A DNA stretch of 64,000 nucleotides, from assembly GCA_003971905.1 (NCBI GenBank), contig RSEE01000157.1:1-64000 (forward strand). Direction: 5' to 3'. The position numbers and the translations under genes were made by a program. A model generated the notes under the pieces. The model made no database searches. It was not told the DNA's origin and worked only from the letters and a program-made list of their open reading frames with translations. Origin of the DNA: Moniliella sp. 'wahieum'. Lineage: Eukaryota. Positions 39,557 to 52,510 of the stretch are shown one piece after another. Position 1 is the stretch's first letter; each line of letters starts with the position of its first letter.

Positions 39557-41279
39557 CACTCCAAAGGGGGGAAGCAGGGTCTAGAACAAATCAAGGGGGC
39601 CAGGCAACTTGGTGACAAAACGTGATCAAGTGAGTCTGATCCCGACAATCTGGACGGTCTCGTTTCTTTTGAGAATACATACCTTAGGTTCAATGCATCT
39701 CTCTATATCTACCCCCCTCCGTACCTAAGCATGTACCCTCCCCCCCATCCACCACGGCGTCAGTAGTGCAGTGTCAGCTATGCGACGGATGCTTTGGGAG
39801 AGGCAGAAAGTGTGGAGCAGCGGTCGCGTAAGACTCCCTCCAGTCTCGGTGCTGCTAGCCACACTTGGCATATTGCCTTTAGTTCCTCGTAAGGGGTATA
39901 ACCATAGCGCCCATATCAACATCTTCAGAATATATACATGGAGGAGACACTTGTCTTCCTTCCCACCAAACTATTGGGTTGCTGTCTATTGCCCTTGTCT
40001 GTGCGCCGCGTAGCACTAGAGGAGGGAAAGGGAGGGGGATTGAGATGAAAGGGGGCCGAAAATTCGGCTATCAGTTGGGAGAGAGGGAACATGTGCCTCC
40101 AGGTAAAAACCGGATTTTACCAACGGAGAAACCCTGTGCAGCCGCTATCCGTTTGGTGAATGGAAAAGAGGCTTTTCCCTTCGAACCTCAACCGTTACTT
40201 CCATTGGCTGCCACATAACAGAAGGAATTACCCTTGGACCAAGCCCACTCGATTCGTGCTGGTGGCAAAACAGATGCGAGGGTATGAGTGTTGTGTTTCA
40301 TGTATCCCTTCATGACGAGGGAAAGACTAAAATGGTGTGCGCAACGTAAGAATGTTGTAGAATGCGGTTGTGGTTCACCGATTTGGATGCTTGTGGAGGG
40401 GATGTTCAGATGGACGAACGACTCCGAAAAGATCAAACAAAAATATATGGTAAGTGTGCGTATCTTAATGTCCTGCACCTTTTTTTGGGAGAGAAGAAAG
40501 AGAGGAGTGGTGTAGACAGCCAGGGCCTTTGCCGCAAATGGAGTTCGGAAAAGTGGCAACGGAAGAGGGGGCATGAGGAGCGGTGGCACCAACGGCACAC
40601 CACGAGATTCACGCAGGTCTCACACTGTCACTACTTTTTTATTCGTCTTCGTGCATCGAACGGAAGTTCTTTCAAGGGCTGTTTTGGGATTTGCTCGAGT
40701 GTGGCACATGCTTCGACCGGTCGTTGACATTTTCTACCTGGACCTCAGAATTGGATCAAGACGTTGATGGGTGTTATGATACTGTGTGCGATGGAGACCC
40801 TATGAGGAGGGGCGCAGAAAGAGCGAGAAAAGGTGAGTATATATAGCCGAGAGAAGATGAGTCTTCGCGAAGGGATGACGAAAAGGAGACCTCAGCACCT
40901 TGTCGGCCGCAAAAGGCCTTTGCATCCTGGAAGGATCCAATTGGAGAAGGGTCGCATGATAGGCCTTGAGCAGGTTGATTGAGTACGCAGGGCTGTAGAA
41001 ACTGCCGGGTACTAGAAAAGAAAGCAGATCTACTATGCAACACACGGAGGTGTGCACGGGCCACGGTCTGCGATGGCGCAGGTCCGGGGGTGAACATTTC
41101 AGGGTGCACTCAGGGGGTGGGTGCTATAACCGCGGTGGGACATCGCCCCATTCCGCTCCGCTCTGCCCCAACGCCTGGCCTAGGAGGAGCCACCACCGCC
41201 GACGCCACCACCACCACCTACTCCTCCACCACCACACGCGCCCTCTCCCGCCCTCCCCGTCTCCTCCTCCCCGCCGCCC

Positions 41280-44200
41280 ATGACAACCGCCCCGTCCCCT
41301 CCCTCGGCCGATGCAGCCACCGGCCGGGACGTGCGCCATGAAGGGGCTGTGCGGCAAGACGGGCCTGTTTGCGCCCGAGATCCCCTGTGCCGTCGACGAT
41401 GCTCCGGCAGACGAGGTGCGTGTCTGGAGGGCGTACGCTGCGGATGTAGTCCTGCGGACTGAGTACTGACCCCCGCCGCTCCATCTGATGGTCGCCAGCC
41501 GGACTCTGCCTTTCGCTCCCTGCTGCTGGATGTGTGCGGCGCCGAGTTTGCGTCGGGTCCCGTGTGCTGTGAGCCAGGCCAGGTCGAAATCCTGGCTGGC
41601 AACCTGGACCAAGCGTCGCCGCTCATTTCCTCGTGCCCGGCCTGCAGCAACAACTTCCGCCACTTTTGGTGCTCCTTCACCTGCTCCCCTGCCCAATCCC
41701 AGTTCCTCGAAGTAGCCCAGACACAAACGATCGACGGAAAGGAGGCTGTCAAGCAGGTCAACTACTTTGTCTCGAACCAGTTCCGCCAAGGGTTTTACGA
41801 TTCCTGCAAGAACGTCCAGTTTGGTGCGACGAATGGGTTTGCGATGGACCTGATTGGCGGTGGCGCACGCAACGCCGATGACTTTCTGTCGTACATGGGC
41901 CAGGAGCGGCCGCTGCTCGGCTCTCCGTTCCAAATTGACTTTCCTCCTCCCCCCTGCCCACAGTGGCGGGACAACTCAACCGCACCTCTCCTCTTGCTTT
42001 TTCCAAGCCTCTTCCTACACCGTTTGATCCGCCAGCTCGCAACTGCTCCGGGGGATCTGCGGTCGCGTTGTGCGTGCATTGATTGCCCCGACGTTTGCAC
42101 CTCGCTCCCTGATGTTCCGGCACCATCGGAGCAGCAAGAGTGCAAGCTGTTTGCTTGGCCTTGCAACCAGCTGGTTATCACCATGTTGTACTTTTTCGTG
42201 CTGTTCCTCTTCTGGGCTGGATTCCTGTGGAAACGCTCTGCCCCATCGGCCTCCAAGAATTCAAACCGGCGCCACACCGTGCCTGTGTCAGCGCCCGTAC
42301 CCGAGACAGACCAACCTAGTTTTCGCCCAGACGAAGGTACTGCACCTCCCTCCCACGCCGGCGTACCGGAGCCACAGGCGGACTCATCTGCGTACGACAG
42401 GGAAGCGCACACGCCCGCGCCTGCATCCCAGCAGCCTGGGGCGCATGCGATCCAACGTTGGCTGTCCCGCAGTATGTACCAGCTGGGGCTCATGTCGGCG
42501 CGCAACCCGTGGCAAACCTGTTCGCTGGCTGCGCTCTTGCTTGGCGTAGCCAACCTTGGCTGGATCTGGTTCCGGGTCGAAACCGATCCGGTCCGGCTCT
42601 GGGTCGCGCCCAACTCGACGGCCAAGAACGAGAAGGATTTTTTCGATCGCCAGTTTGGTCCGTTTTACAAGACGGAGCAACTGTTTGTTACCGACCGAGC
42701 TGCCGCTGGGTTTTACCGCCACCGCGACCCGTTGGATCATGACAATGCGATTGAGGACTTACCTCCCGTGTTGACCTGGCCGCGCTGCAGTGGTGGGCTG
42801 ATGTTGAGGCTGAGATCCGCGCGCTGAAGGCTGGGCCGAATCAAACGTCGTTCCAAGATGTGTGTTTTGCTCCGAGTGGACCTGGGGGTGCCTGTGTGGT
42901 GGAGAGCATCATGGGTTACTTTTCCGACGACCTGGTGCGTGCCGGGGTCACCAAGCACAATTGGCGCAGCAGCCTGAACCAGTGCGCGGCGCGCCCGGCC
43001 GAGTGTCTACCGCTGTTTGGTCAACCGCTGAAACCGAATTTGATTCTGGGTGGGATTCCGATCGATGCGCCTCCGGCCGACGCACGTGCGTTGGTGGGCA
43101 CCTGGGTGGTGGAGAACAGTCTCGATAAGCGCAAGCTCGCCCGTGCCGAGGCATGGGAGCGCGTGCTGCAGGCGTTTTTGCTGGACTTGGCGGGAAAGGC
43201 GCCCACGGGGAGCAAGCGCCATCCCTTGGCTCTTCGTGCCAAGCAACTCGGATTGCACGTCTCCTTTAGCACCGGTGTCAGTTTGGAGGAGGAGATTTCG
43301 TCCAGCACCAATACCGACACGGGCATCGTGGCGCTGAGTTATCTTCTCATGCTTCTGTATGCATCCTTGGCCTTGGGCGGAGGCTACGTTCCCGCACGTA
43401 GGGTGGACGCCCAGGGTCAGGTTGTGCATTCTACGTTCTGGGGGGACGTGAAGACGGCGCTATCTTGCCGCCCGAGAGGCATTCGTTTGCCGGACGACAT
43501 GCTGGATGAGCAAGATGCGCGGGCGAACGCCCGTTCCCGCCTCATTGCCGGCTTCTTTGTCCGTTCCAAGGTCACCCTCGGTCTGTTCGGCATCTTGATT
43601 GTTATGGTAGCCATCTCATCGGCGGTGGGGATTTGGTCGGCGCTGGGAGTGCGGATGACTCTGGTGATTGCCGAAGTCATTCCCTTTCTCGTGCTGGCTG
43701 TCGGGGTCGACAACATTTTCCTCCTTAGCAACGAGATGGACCGTCAAAACACCCTTTGCAGCACCAGCAACCCGTACTATGATACCCGTGACGACGACGT
43801 CCACGCAAGTTCCCTGGGCGAGAACAACGAGGTGGATGCGATGCAGGCTGGCCATCGGCCTACAGAGTCCATGCCAGCCTTCCACCTCTCTGCAGAGGAG
43901 AGGGCGGCAAGAGCGTTGGCGCGCATTGGGCCGTCAATTGTGCTGAGTGTGTCGATTCAAGTCAGCGCCTTCTTACTGGGCGCGCTGGTTCCCATGCCGG
44001 CCGTGCGCAACTTTACGCTGTACGCGGCGGGGAGCATGGCGATTGCCGCCCTGTTGCACTGCACCGTCTTTGTCGCTGCGCTTGCGCTAGACGCACGACG
44101 GAACGAGAGCGAACGGATCGACTGTTTCCCCTGTGTCCGAGCCCGCAAGCCTGCCCACCTGCCGGTCCAAGCGCTCTCGGTAAGCTCTAATACGGACCTG

Positions 44201-45780
44201 GTCCCGGAGAGCTGGCTAGCCAAATTTATGCGGGAAACGTACGCTGGCTTCATTGTCCGGCCGAACGTCAAGCGTGTTGCTCTGGCTCTCTTTGTACTGT
44301 TGGGTGCCAGGTCCATTATGCTTACTCACCAGATCCACATGGGCCTCGACCAGCGTCTCGCCCTTCCGCCGCACTCGTACTTGCGGGGGTACTTTGACGC
44401 TGTCGATACTTGGCTCGATGTAGGCCCACCAGTGTACTTTGTCGAGTGGAGGGCGGATACCAAGTTCCGCTATGTCCAGCGGCAGCTGTGCGCACGCTTC
44501 ACCACCTGTGCGCCTTTTTCGGTGGCAAACACGTTGGAAGGCGAGCGCAAGCGCCCCGCATCGTCCTACATCATCGAGCCTGCCGCCAGCTGGATCGATG
44601 ACTTTTTCCAATGGCTCAACCAGCCATCGACAGCTGCTGCCGCGTGCGGATCAACGACCCGTCCAAATTCTGTGCGCCGCGCGATTCCGAGTTCTCGTGC
44701 CGGCCCTGCTTTGAAGGGAGAGAATACAACACCACGCTCCAAGGCTTGCCGGAAGGAGACGAGTTTATGATGTTCTGCGCCAGTGGCTCAAGAGCCCGAC
44801 GACGGCCGAATGCCCCCTGGGCGGTGCAGCGTCCTACTCGTCGGCCCTTAGCCTCAAGCGCACCAAACTGAACGCCAAAGAACCCCTCTTGGACTTGGCC
44901 TTGAACAAGACCGAGGCCGAGTGGGCCTTACAATGTGGCAGGGCCCCCGCCCGGATCGGGAGGACCGCAAGATGAACGTGTTTGCCTCTCACTTCCGTAC
45001 CTCGCACGTCCCCCTTCGCTCGCAAGCCGACTTTATCAATGCACTCAAGGCAGCCCGCCGCATTGCCAAGGAGACGAGCGAGCGGTCGGGAGTGAGATTG
45101 TTTGCCTACTCTCTCTTCTACCCTTTCTTTGACCAGTATCTCCACTTGCCCGCGCTGGCGGTGCAAGTGCTTGGATCGGCAGCTGTGGCCATCTTTGGGA
45201 TCAGTTATGTGGTGCTGGGCTGCTGGCGGACCGCAGGAGTAATCTTGGTGTGCGTCGCATCAACGTTGCTCGGCGTGGTTGGCTCGATGGGCCGATCCGG
45301 AATCGAGTTCAACGCGCTGACGCTGGTCAACTTGTCGGTGTGCGCGGCAAGGGGTGGAGTTCTGTGTGCACGTTGCCAAGGCGTTTATGCGTGCGCCCGG
45401 CGACGGCGGGGCAAGCGGGGCGAGGAGCGCATCTGGGAGAAGGAGCGCGAACGGGGGTGCAGGCGGCGGTCGGGGATGTGGGTGCGTCGGTGCTGACAGG
45501 CATCACGGGGACCAAGCTGGTGGGGCTGTCGGTGCTGGGGTGGACAAAGTCGGAGCTACTGAAACTGTACTATGCCAAGATGTGGATGGCGCTCATCCAG
45601 CTCGGCGTCCTGCATGGCCTCGTGCTCCTGCCTGTTCTCCTCTCCTTCTATGGCGGGCCCAGCAATGCCGGACCGGAGGACGAGAGCGAGGCACGCCGCC
45701 GTCTGCTCCGGGCGCAGGACAGCAACGCGAGCCGCCCCTTCGCCCCCACCGGTACAGAGGGCGACGAGGACGAGGCGTGA
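41280..45780 (+). CDS. NCR1: Niemann-Pick C1-related sterol transport protein
   Basis: CAMKGLCGK; SSCPACSNNFRHFWCSFTCSPAQSQF; VETDPVRLWV; FFDRQFGPFYKTEQ; sterol-sensing domain IAEVIPFLVLAVGVDNIFLL; MGLDQRLALP; VGPPVYFV; ITGTKLVG; HGLVLLPVLLS. Confidence 0.96.
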
Positions 45781-46402
45781 GATCCGAGAAGACAGGGCCG
45801 CGCAGGACATATGCGAGCGGAGTTCGGTCGGCACACTGCCCGCCAAGCACCAATGGATTCGCTTCTGGCAAGCTTGAATCGATTCCCACTGACATACCTC
45901 ACATGTAGTCAGCTAGTGTATATTCGACGAGAGTCGATGCGCTCCGTGCCACATCGTCACCAACACCGCCTGGGACAGGTGGTGCTTCACCGCAGAGCGT
46001 CCTTCGCTTCCCGCGAGCCTCGTTCAGGACGTTCAGGCCGCGTTGAGCGTGCCCGAGGTGATTCTCTCAACCCCGCTGATCATCGACCAATGCATTACGT
46101 TCCGGGGCGATGGTGCAGGCGCGGAGACGAGCGTGATGGGGGGAGGCAGTGCGTAGATGACTTTCCTCGTATATATTGCGCACCACAGCGGGGCTGCGGC
46201 CAATGATAATGAGGCCAACGGCTATCTTATTACCGCTTCTTCTTTGTTGTCCCCTTGGAAGGACCAGACTGTGCTTGCTACGGCATACAAAATGAGACAC
46301 CAAAATGACGGGGGGCAGGGAGCAAGTAGGATTCGATGAAAGAGACCAGATAAGTGTTACATGACAGTGCGTGCAGCCCAACTGCGCGGAAAGCGCCTTT
46401 TC

Positions 46403-48390
46403 TTACTGGCGCTTGGCTTGCTTGGCCAAACGCTTTTTCTTGTCGGCCAAGACCTTGGCCTCCTCCGAGCGCCGCTCTGCTTTGCGCTGGACAGAGGCGT
46501 GGATCTTGCGCTGCTTGTTGGACAAGAGCATGGTCGACATCTTTTGTGCTTCCGCTTCATCTGCCGCCTCCTGCTCCGCCACACTCTTCTTCTTGTTCGC
46601 CCCCTTGTTCTTCTTGGCCTCCGCCAGGGCAGTCTTACGCGCTGCCTGGTACGCCTTGCGCAACGTCTCCACCTCCGCCTCGCCACCGACAGCCTCGGCC
46701 TCGAGCTCGGCCTCGTCCAACAAGCTCTCCTCCAGCGGGTTGGCCAGGAGCGCTTTCCGTGCGGGCCGGTTGATCGCGACCTGCTTGTCTGCCGCCTGCT
46801 CTTCGTCGGACGCCTCGGACTCGGACTCGGACTCGGATTCGGACTCGGATTCGGACTCGGACTCTGCTTGGGCCTCGGCCTGGTCCAGGCCAGCCTCGGC
46901 GGGCACGTACCCGCCCGCGGCGCGCACCGCCTCGTTGTCTACAAACGGCGACAAGTGGGGCGGCAAGGCCTTGCCCGGCGCGTACGGCTCGGTGGGGAGC
47001 AAGGTGCGCGCGTTGGCCGAGTCAATGAGCCATTGGGGTTGAATAAAGGTGCGTGCGCCGCCGTACCGGGCCGGGTCGTAGGGGTTGGTGCCCTTGGCTG
47101 GGACGGGGCGATCGATAATGTGGTGGGTGATCCGCGGGTCCGTCTCGCTCAATGCCGAGCCGGCACCGACGACCGCGTCCCACCCAATGTGGGATGCGTC
47201 GGCGCCAAAGCAGCGGAGGACAAATTCCAGCAGCGCACGCGGCGTCTCGCGAGAAAGGTAAAAGTAGTAAGGCTGGAACACGTTCAAGCTCTTTTCCTCC
47301 TTGGAGTTCTGCGCCTCGAGCTGGGCCAGGGTGGTGAGCTGCGCCGGGTCAGCGGCGGCGGCAGCCGTGTCCAACTTGGAAGGGTGAGCAACAAATTCCT
47401 CGTCTTCGTCCTTGTTCTGACCAGCCGTGGCAGCCTCGACCATGGCCTCGTCCTCGTCCGCCTCGACATTGGCCTTGTTAATGGCTTGGATCTCCTTTTC
47501 AACGTCCTTGGCCGACACGCTGGACTTGGCCGCTCGGGTGGAAGCGGCAGGCTTGGGGCCCTGGAGCACCTGCGCATTCTTCTCGGTGAGCGTGATGGAA
47601 CCCATGCCAGCACCAGCGTCCTCCTTGGCCTTGTCCAGCGGCGGCGGGTACACCAGGTTCTCATCCTTGTACAGCTTGAACAGAACAAAGCCCGACAAGG
47701 TCTGGTACAGGTCGAGGAAGGTGACCATGATGCGGAAGTCGACATCGTCTGGTACATTTTGAGTAAAAGGTAAGGGACAAGCCAGGTGACCACTTGGCCC
47801 TTGACCTCCGCTTGCAGATAAACACCCTTGATGGACAGGAAGACCTTGCGAAGCGCATGCGCATGCATGCACCACACCTGCCACTCGGTCATGAGGCGCG
47901 AGCACCGCTCAATCAGCTTGTGGTTCACAATGCGCCCGCCCTCGGCGCCGGGGTGAGCGGGAGGTGAGAAAAGAGACTGAGCATCGACAGGGCATCGTCC
48001 ATGTCGTGCAGCGCCTCGGTAAAGCTGGGGTAGCGCTCGCGGATGAGGTGGTCGAGCTTGATGACGGGCCGCTCGAGCTGGTCGATGGACTGGGCCAGCG
48101 CATAGTTCTGCCGGCCAATGGCGCGCGAGAGACGCTTGGCAAAGGCCTTGTGGTCGCGTAGGTGCTGGAGCACAGGCTCGTGGAGAAGGAACTGGATGTC
48201 CTTGGCGTAGTAGAAGGTGGCCTGCTGGCGGCCGCACGCTTGGCGTGGCGGGGCTGGCGGGGGAAGACGCCCTTGAGGATGCACAGCCGGCGGAAGTCCG
48301 AGAGGCTCACCTGGAGCTTCTTGAGCGGGCGTTGCGCGTGACGTAGTTCTTGGTCGCGCCGACCTTTCCGCGCTTCTGCATCGACCCCAT
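46403..48390 (-). CDS. NOP7: Pescadillo homolog Nop7 (PeBoW complex)
   Basis: [78 protein letters not shown] region [27 protein letters not shown]. Confidence 0.96.
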
Positions 48391-48927
48391 CGTGCAAACG
48401 GAGCTGGGGGGGGGTGGTGGGGGCTGGATGGCCGCGGCCGCCGGCCGAACAGGCGTGTTGGCCAGAGAAAAAAATTGGAGGGCGGAACGGGGCACGCCCC
48501 CGCGCGGCTATTCCGCCCGGCGTAGGCCTCGCGGGTTGCACCGATAGCCCATGGCCCAGGCGCGCATGACACATGGCATGCATGACACATGGCGCATGAC
48601 ATAAGGGCTAATCGGTGCAAGCGCCGCTGGGCCGGGTGCGGTGCATGTGAGAGCCATGGTGGCTGCTCGGCCAGCTGGCACACGCACACCCGGCCGCCGC
48701 ACCCCGCAGCACCTCTGCCTTCTGGCCGCCGGGAACATCCGGAACGGCAGCCCAGCAGTGTGCTGCGCCCCCGCTCTCACCCGCTCTTATGTCACAGTGG
48801 CTGGTCGCTGGCCAGCTGGCTATCCATCGGAGCTGGCACTTGTGTTGCGTTCGCTTGCTTCTGCTTCCGCTTCTGCTTCTGCTTCTGCTTCCCCACCACC
48901 CCAGCCCTTCCCCCCGTGTTGTCCGCC

Positions 48928-50514
48928 ATGGTCCGCATGCTCCTCCGCCCGGCTCTTGCCACTGCCTCCAAGGTGCGTACCCAACGCCAGCGCCTCCTCT
49001 CCCCCACGCACTAACCACGCCCTCCCTCGCAGGCCCGCCTGCCCGCCGCTCGCACCGCCGCCCTGGCCCGCCCGCTTGCGGTGCGTGGCCTGGCCACGTC
49101 CGCCCCTGCGCTGGCGGTGCGTGTGGAGAAGGACACGTTCGGCCCGCTCGAGGTGCCTGCCGACAAGTACTGGGGTGCCCAGACGCAGCGCTCGCTGCAG
49201 AACTTTGACATTGGCGGCGAGCGCGAACGGATGCCTGTGCCACTGATCAAGGCGTTTGGTGTGCTGAAGAAGGCGGCGGCGCATGTCAACAAGACCTACG
49301 GTCTGGACCCGAAGATTGCCGATGTCATCTCGACGGCGGCAGACGAGGTGATCTCGGGCAAGTTGGTGGACAACTTCCCCCTCGTTGTCTTCCAGACCGG
49401 CTCGGGCACCCAGACCAACATGAACACCAACGAGGTCATTGCCAACCGTGCGATCGAGCTGTTGGGCGGCCAGTTGGGCTCCAAGACGCCCGTGCACCCC
49501 AACGACCACGTCAACATGTCTCAGTCTTCCAACGACACCTTCCCCACTGCGATGCACGTGTCGGCGGTGCTGGAGATCACGCAGGAACTGCTCCCTTCGC
49601 TCAAGGAGCTGCACCAGGCTCTCCACGCCAAGGCGGAATCGTTCAAGGACATTATCAAGATTGGCCGCACGCACTTGCAAGACGCAACGCCGCTCACGCT
49701 TGGCCAGGAATTTTCCGGATACGTTCAGCAAGTGGAGAATGGCATTGCCCGCGTCGAGGCGTCCCTGCCTTTCCTCCGCCAGCTTGCTCAGGGAGGCACC
49801 GCGGTCGGCACTGGGCTGAACACGTTCAAGGGCTTTGATGTGGCTGTTGCTGCTGAGATCTCCAAGCTGACCGGCGAGCACTTTGAGACGGCACCCAACA
49901 AGTTTGAGGCGCTGGCGGCGCACGATGCCGTGGTCGCAGCGTCGGGTGCGCTCAACACGGTGGCTGTGTCGCTGATGAAGATTGCCAACGACATTCGTTA
50001 TCTCGGCTCGGGCCCTCGCTGCGGCCTGGGCGAACTGCACCTGCCCGAGAACGAGCCCGGGTCGTCGATCATGCCGGGTAAGGTCAACCCGACGCAGTGC
50101 GAGGCGCTGACCATGGTCGCGGCCCAGGTGATTGGCAACCACACGGCCATCACCGTCGCCGGTTCGTACGGCCAGTTTGAGCTGAACGTGTTCAAGCCGG
50201 TGCTGATCCGCAACCTGCTGTCGTCGGTGCGCCTGCTTTCGGACGGTGCTCGCTCCTTCACCAAGAACTGTGTGGTGGGCATTGAGGCCAACAAGAAGCG
50301 CATCGACACGCTCCTCCACGAGTCGCTGATGCTTGCCACCATCCTCAACTCGACGCTGGGCTACGACAATGTGGCCAAGGCAGCCAAGAAGGCGCACGCG
50401 GAAGACCTGACGCTGAAGCAGTCGGTTGTCGAGCTTGGTCTGCTCACCCCGGAGCAGTTTGACGACAAGGTGCGCCCCGAGCTCATGATTGGCCCCAAGG
50501 ACGTGCCCAAGTAA
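48928..50514 (+). CDS. FUM1: Fumarate hydratase class II with mitochondrial presequence; intron 48973-49032
   Basis: Arg-rich leader [53 protein letters not shown]; signature [15 protein letters not shown]. Confidence 0.98.
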
Positions 50515-51859
50515 ACTGCTCGGGCAAGCATCCTGATGGCGCGCCTGCTCGTGTGGCCATCCCCCTTGGCTTCAGGGGGAATGGACAGAGAGCAGCTCGT
50601 TTGCAATTCATATACATGCGTCCTACCTACTCCCACAATGGTATCAATGACGAGGACATCGGGCAGCCATAGAGGCACTCCAGGCACCTAACGAAGATGT
50701 GAGCGCACGTGATGGTGCACGTGACCCGCACGTGTGCTTGCTTGGCGCATGCTTGATGCGATTGCACCGACTAAGCACTAAGCCTTAGAGCTTAGGCTTA
50801 GCGCTACGCTTCGCAGCGTCGGGTGAGCCTCAGGCTGAGCTCAGCGTGCCCAGCGCCAAGCGCCAAGCGGTGGCACAACAGCGCTTGTGCGCCCTCGAGC
50901 GTCGCTTCCTCGTGTCACCGTGACATCTGTCACGCATCACATGCCACATGTCGATGTGACGTCGAGGCGGTTGGCCCAGGCTGCCGCGGTGCGCCGCCAC
51001 GCGCAACGGCCGCAACGCACGGGGGTATTGCCGGATGCCTCGTCTCGTCTCGCGTCTTGCCTGGTACGGCCGGCCGCAGTCGCCGGTTTCTGTGTTCTGT
51101 CCGTCCCTGTCGCGACCATTACTCATCGATCATCGCCGTCCTAGTCATCGCTTGCCCTTCGCTCCACTCGGTCCTGCCGTAGGTTGGGCCTTATCGATTA
51201 TCGATTATCGGCCTTGCCACTCTCGACGTCGGCTCTGGTCCATCTTACTAGTTCCTCGGCTCTGCGCAGGCAGAGCGATCAGGGCCGCAGGCCTCAGGCG
51301 GGTCGGGAGTTCCGAGGTGTGCGTTCTAGTCCCCCTCTCTTCCCTGCTGGGTGTTTTGAGGCGTGTCACATGTCACATGCCATGGCAAGTTCGCTGCGTC
51401 CAACCCGATGTACCGGTCTGCAAGAGAAATGAAATGTGGGGCAAGAAGAATTGAGAGAAGAGAGGAGATCGTCAAGCGGATGGGAGGAGGAGGCGGAACA
51501 AGGGGAAGGGAAGGGGAAGGGGAAAGGGTGAGGGTAGGGATCTCGGCAGGGACGAATCAAGTCGAGTGCGGGAGAAGAACGAGAACAGCGATACAGACGA
51601 GACGGGGCATCGACTGGGCCATCCGACGATGGCGCTAGTTGAGGCAGTAGCAGGGCCGCTATTGGTCCAATCATCCTCAGTCCCCGTACGCCTTTCGAAA
51701 GGAAACAAAAACTTAGGAAAGGCGGTGGAGGGTGGGCAAGGGGGGGGTAGGGCAGTAGGCACCGAAGGGGCAGATGATGCGGTGCCTTCCAGCTAGGTGA
51801 GAAAGGGTGTGGGTAAGGCAAGGGACAGCAAAGGCCGGAACGAGAAGGGAGGGGGGGTA

Positions 51860-52510
51860 TCATAGAATGCGGCAATTGTTCTTCTTTCTTTGCTTTCGCG
51901 GAGCCGGAGCGAGAACAGAGCGGATGGCCTCATCAAACACTCCCTTGAGTCCTTTTGGGTCAACGCCGAACATTCCATGTACTTGATGGCACCAATCTCA
52001 CGCGCCAGCTGCGATCCCTGGGCAAAAGTAAGAGGTGCCATGCGGCGCTCACGCAGCTTGGCATTCGTCTCGGGGTCGTCGCGCAAGTCGAGCTTAGTGC
52101 CCACAAGCACGGCGGGGACCTGGGGCGCATGGTGGGTAATTTCAGGCCACCACTTGGTCTTGACATTCTCAAACGACGGAGGCGACACGAGACTGAAGCA
52201 GATCAAAAAGACATCAGTCTGGGGATAGCTGAGCGGGCGCAGGCGATCGTAATCCTCTTGCCCGGCCGTATCCCACAGGCCCAGCACGACGGGTTTGCCG
52301 TCGACCATGACCTGAGCCGAGTAGTTTTCAAAATGGTCGGAAGATATTCGCTAGGGAAAGCATTGGTCGTATAGGAGATGAGCAGGCATGTCTTTCCGAC
52401 CGCACCATCGCCAACGACGACACCTTGGGAGGCGGAGGGAAGGCAGGGGGCGGGGTCAGCAGCAGGGCAGCAGCGGCAGATAGGAAAGACGCACACTTGA
52501 TGGTCTGCAT
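51860..52510 (-). CDS. RAC1: Rac-type Rho GTPase
   Basis: [78 protein letters not shown]..polybasic RKQRKK then CRIL* CAAX. Intron 52494-52424 with AAG acceptor; two 1-bp indels. Confidence 0.9.

Noticed and set aside
46814..46865. Hexamer repeats (TCGGAC)n here, and similar ones in PAB1 (~18505-18550) and PL14 (~27715-27750)
   Set aside because: They encode low-complexity peptide (ES, GA, GS runs) inside genes.
46361..50397. Long antisense ORFs opposite NOP7 (470 aa) and FUM1 (525 aa), and similar ones opposite VAC8
   Set aside because: Shadow ORFs expected from GC-rich codon bias; no recognisable domains.
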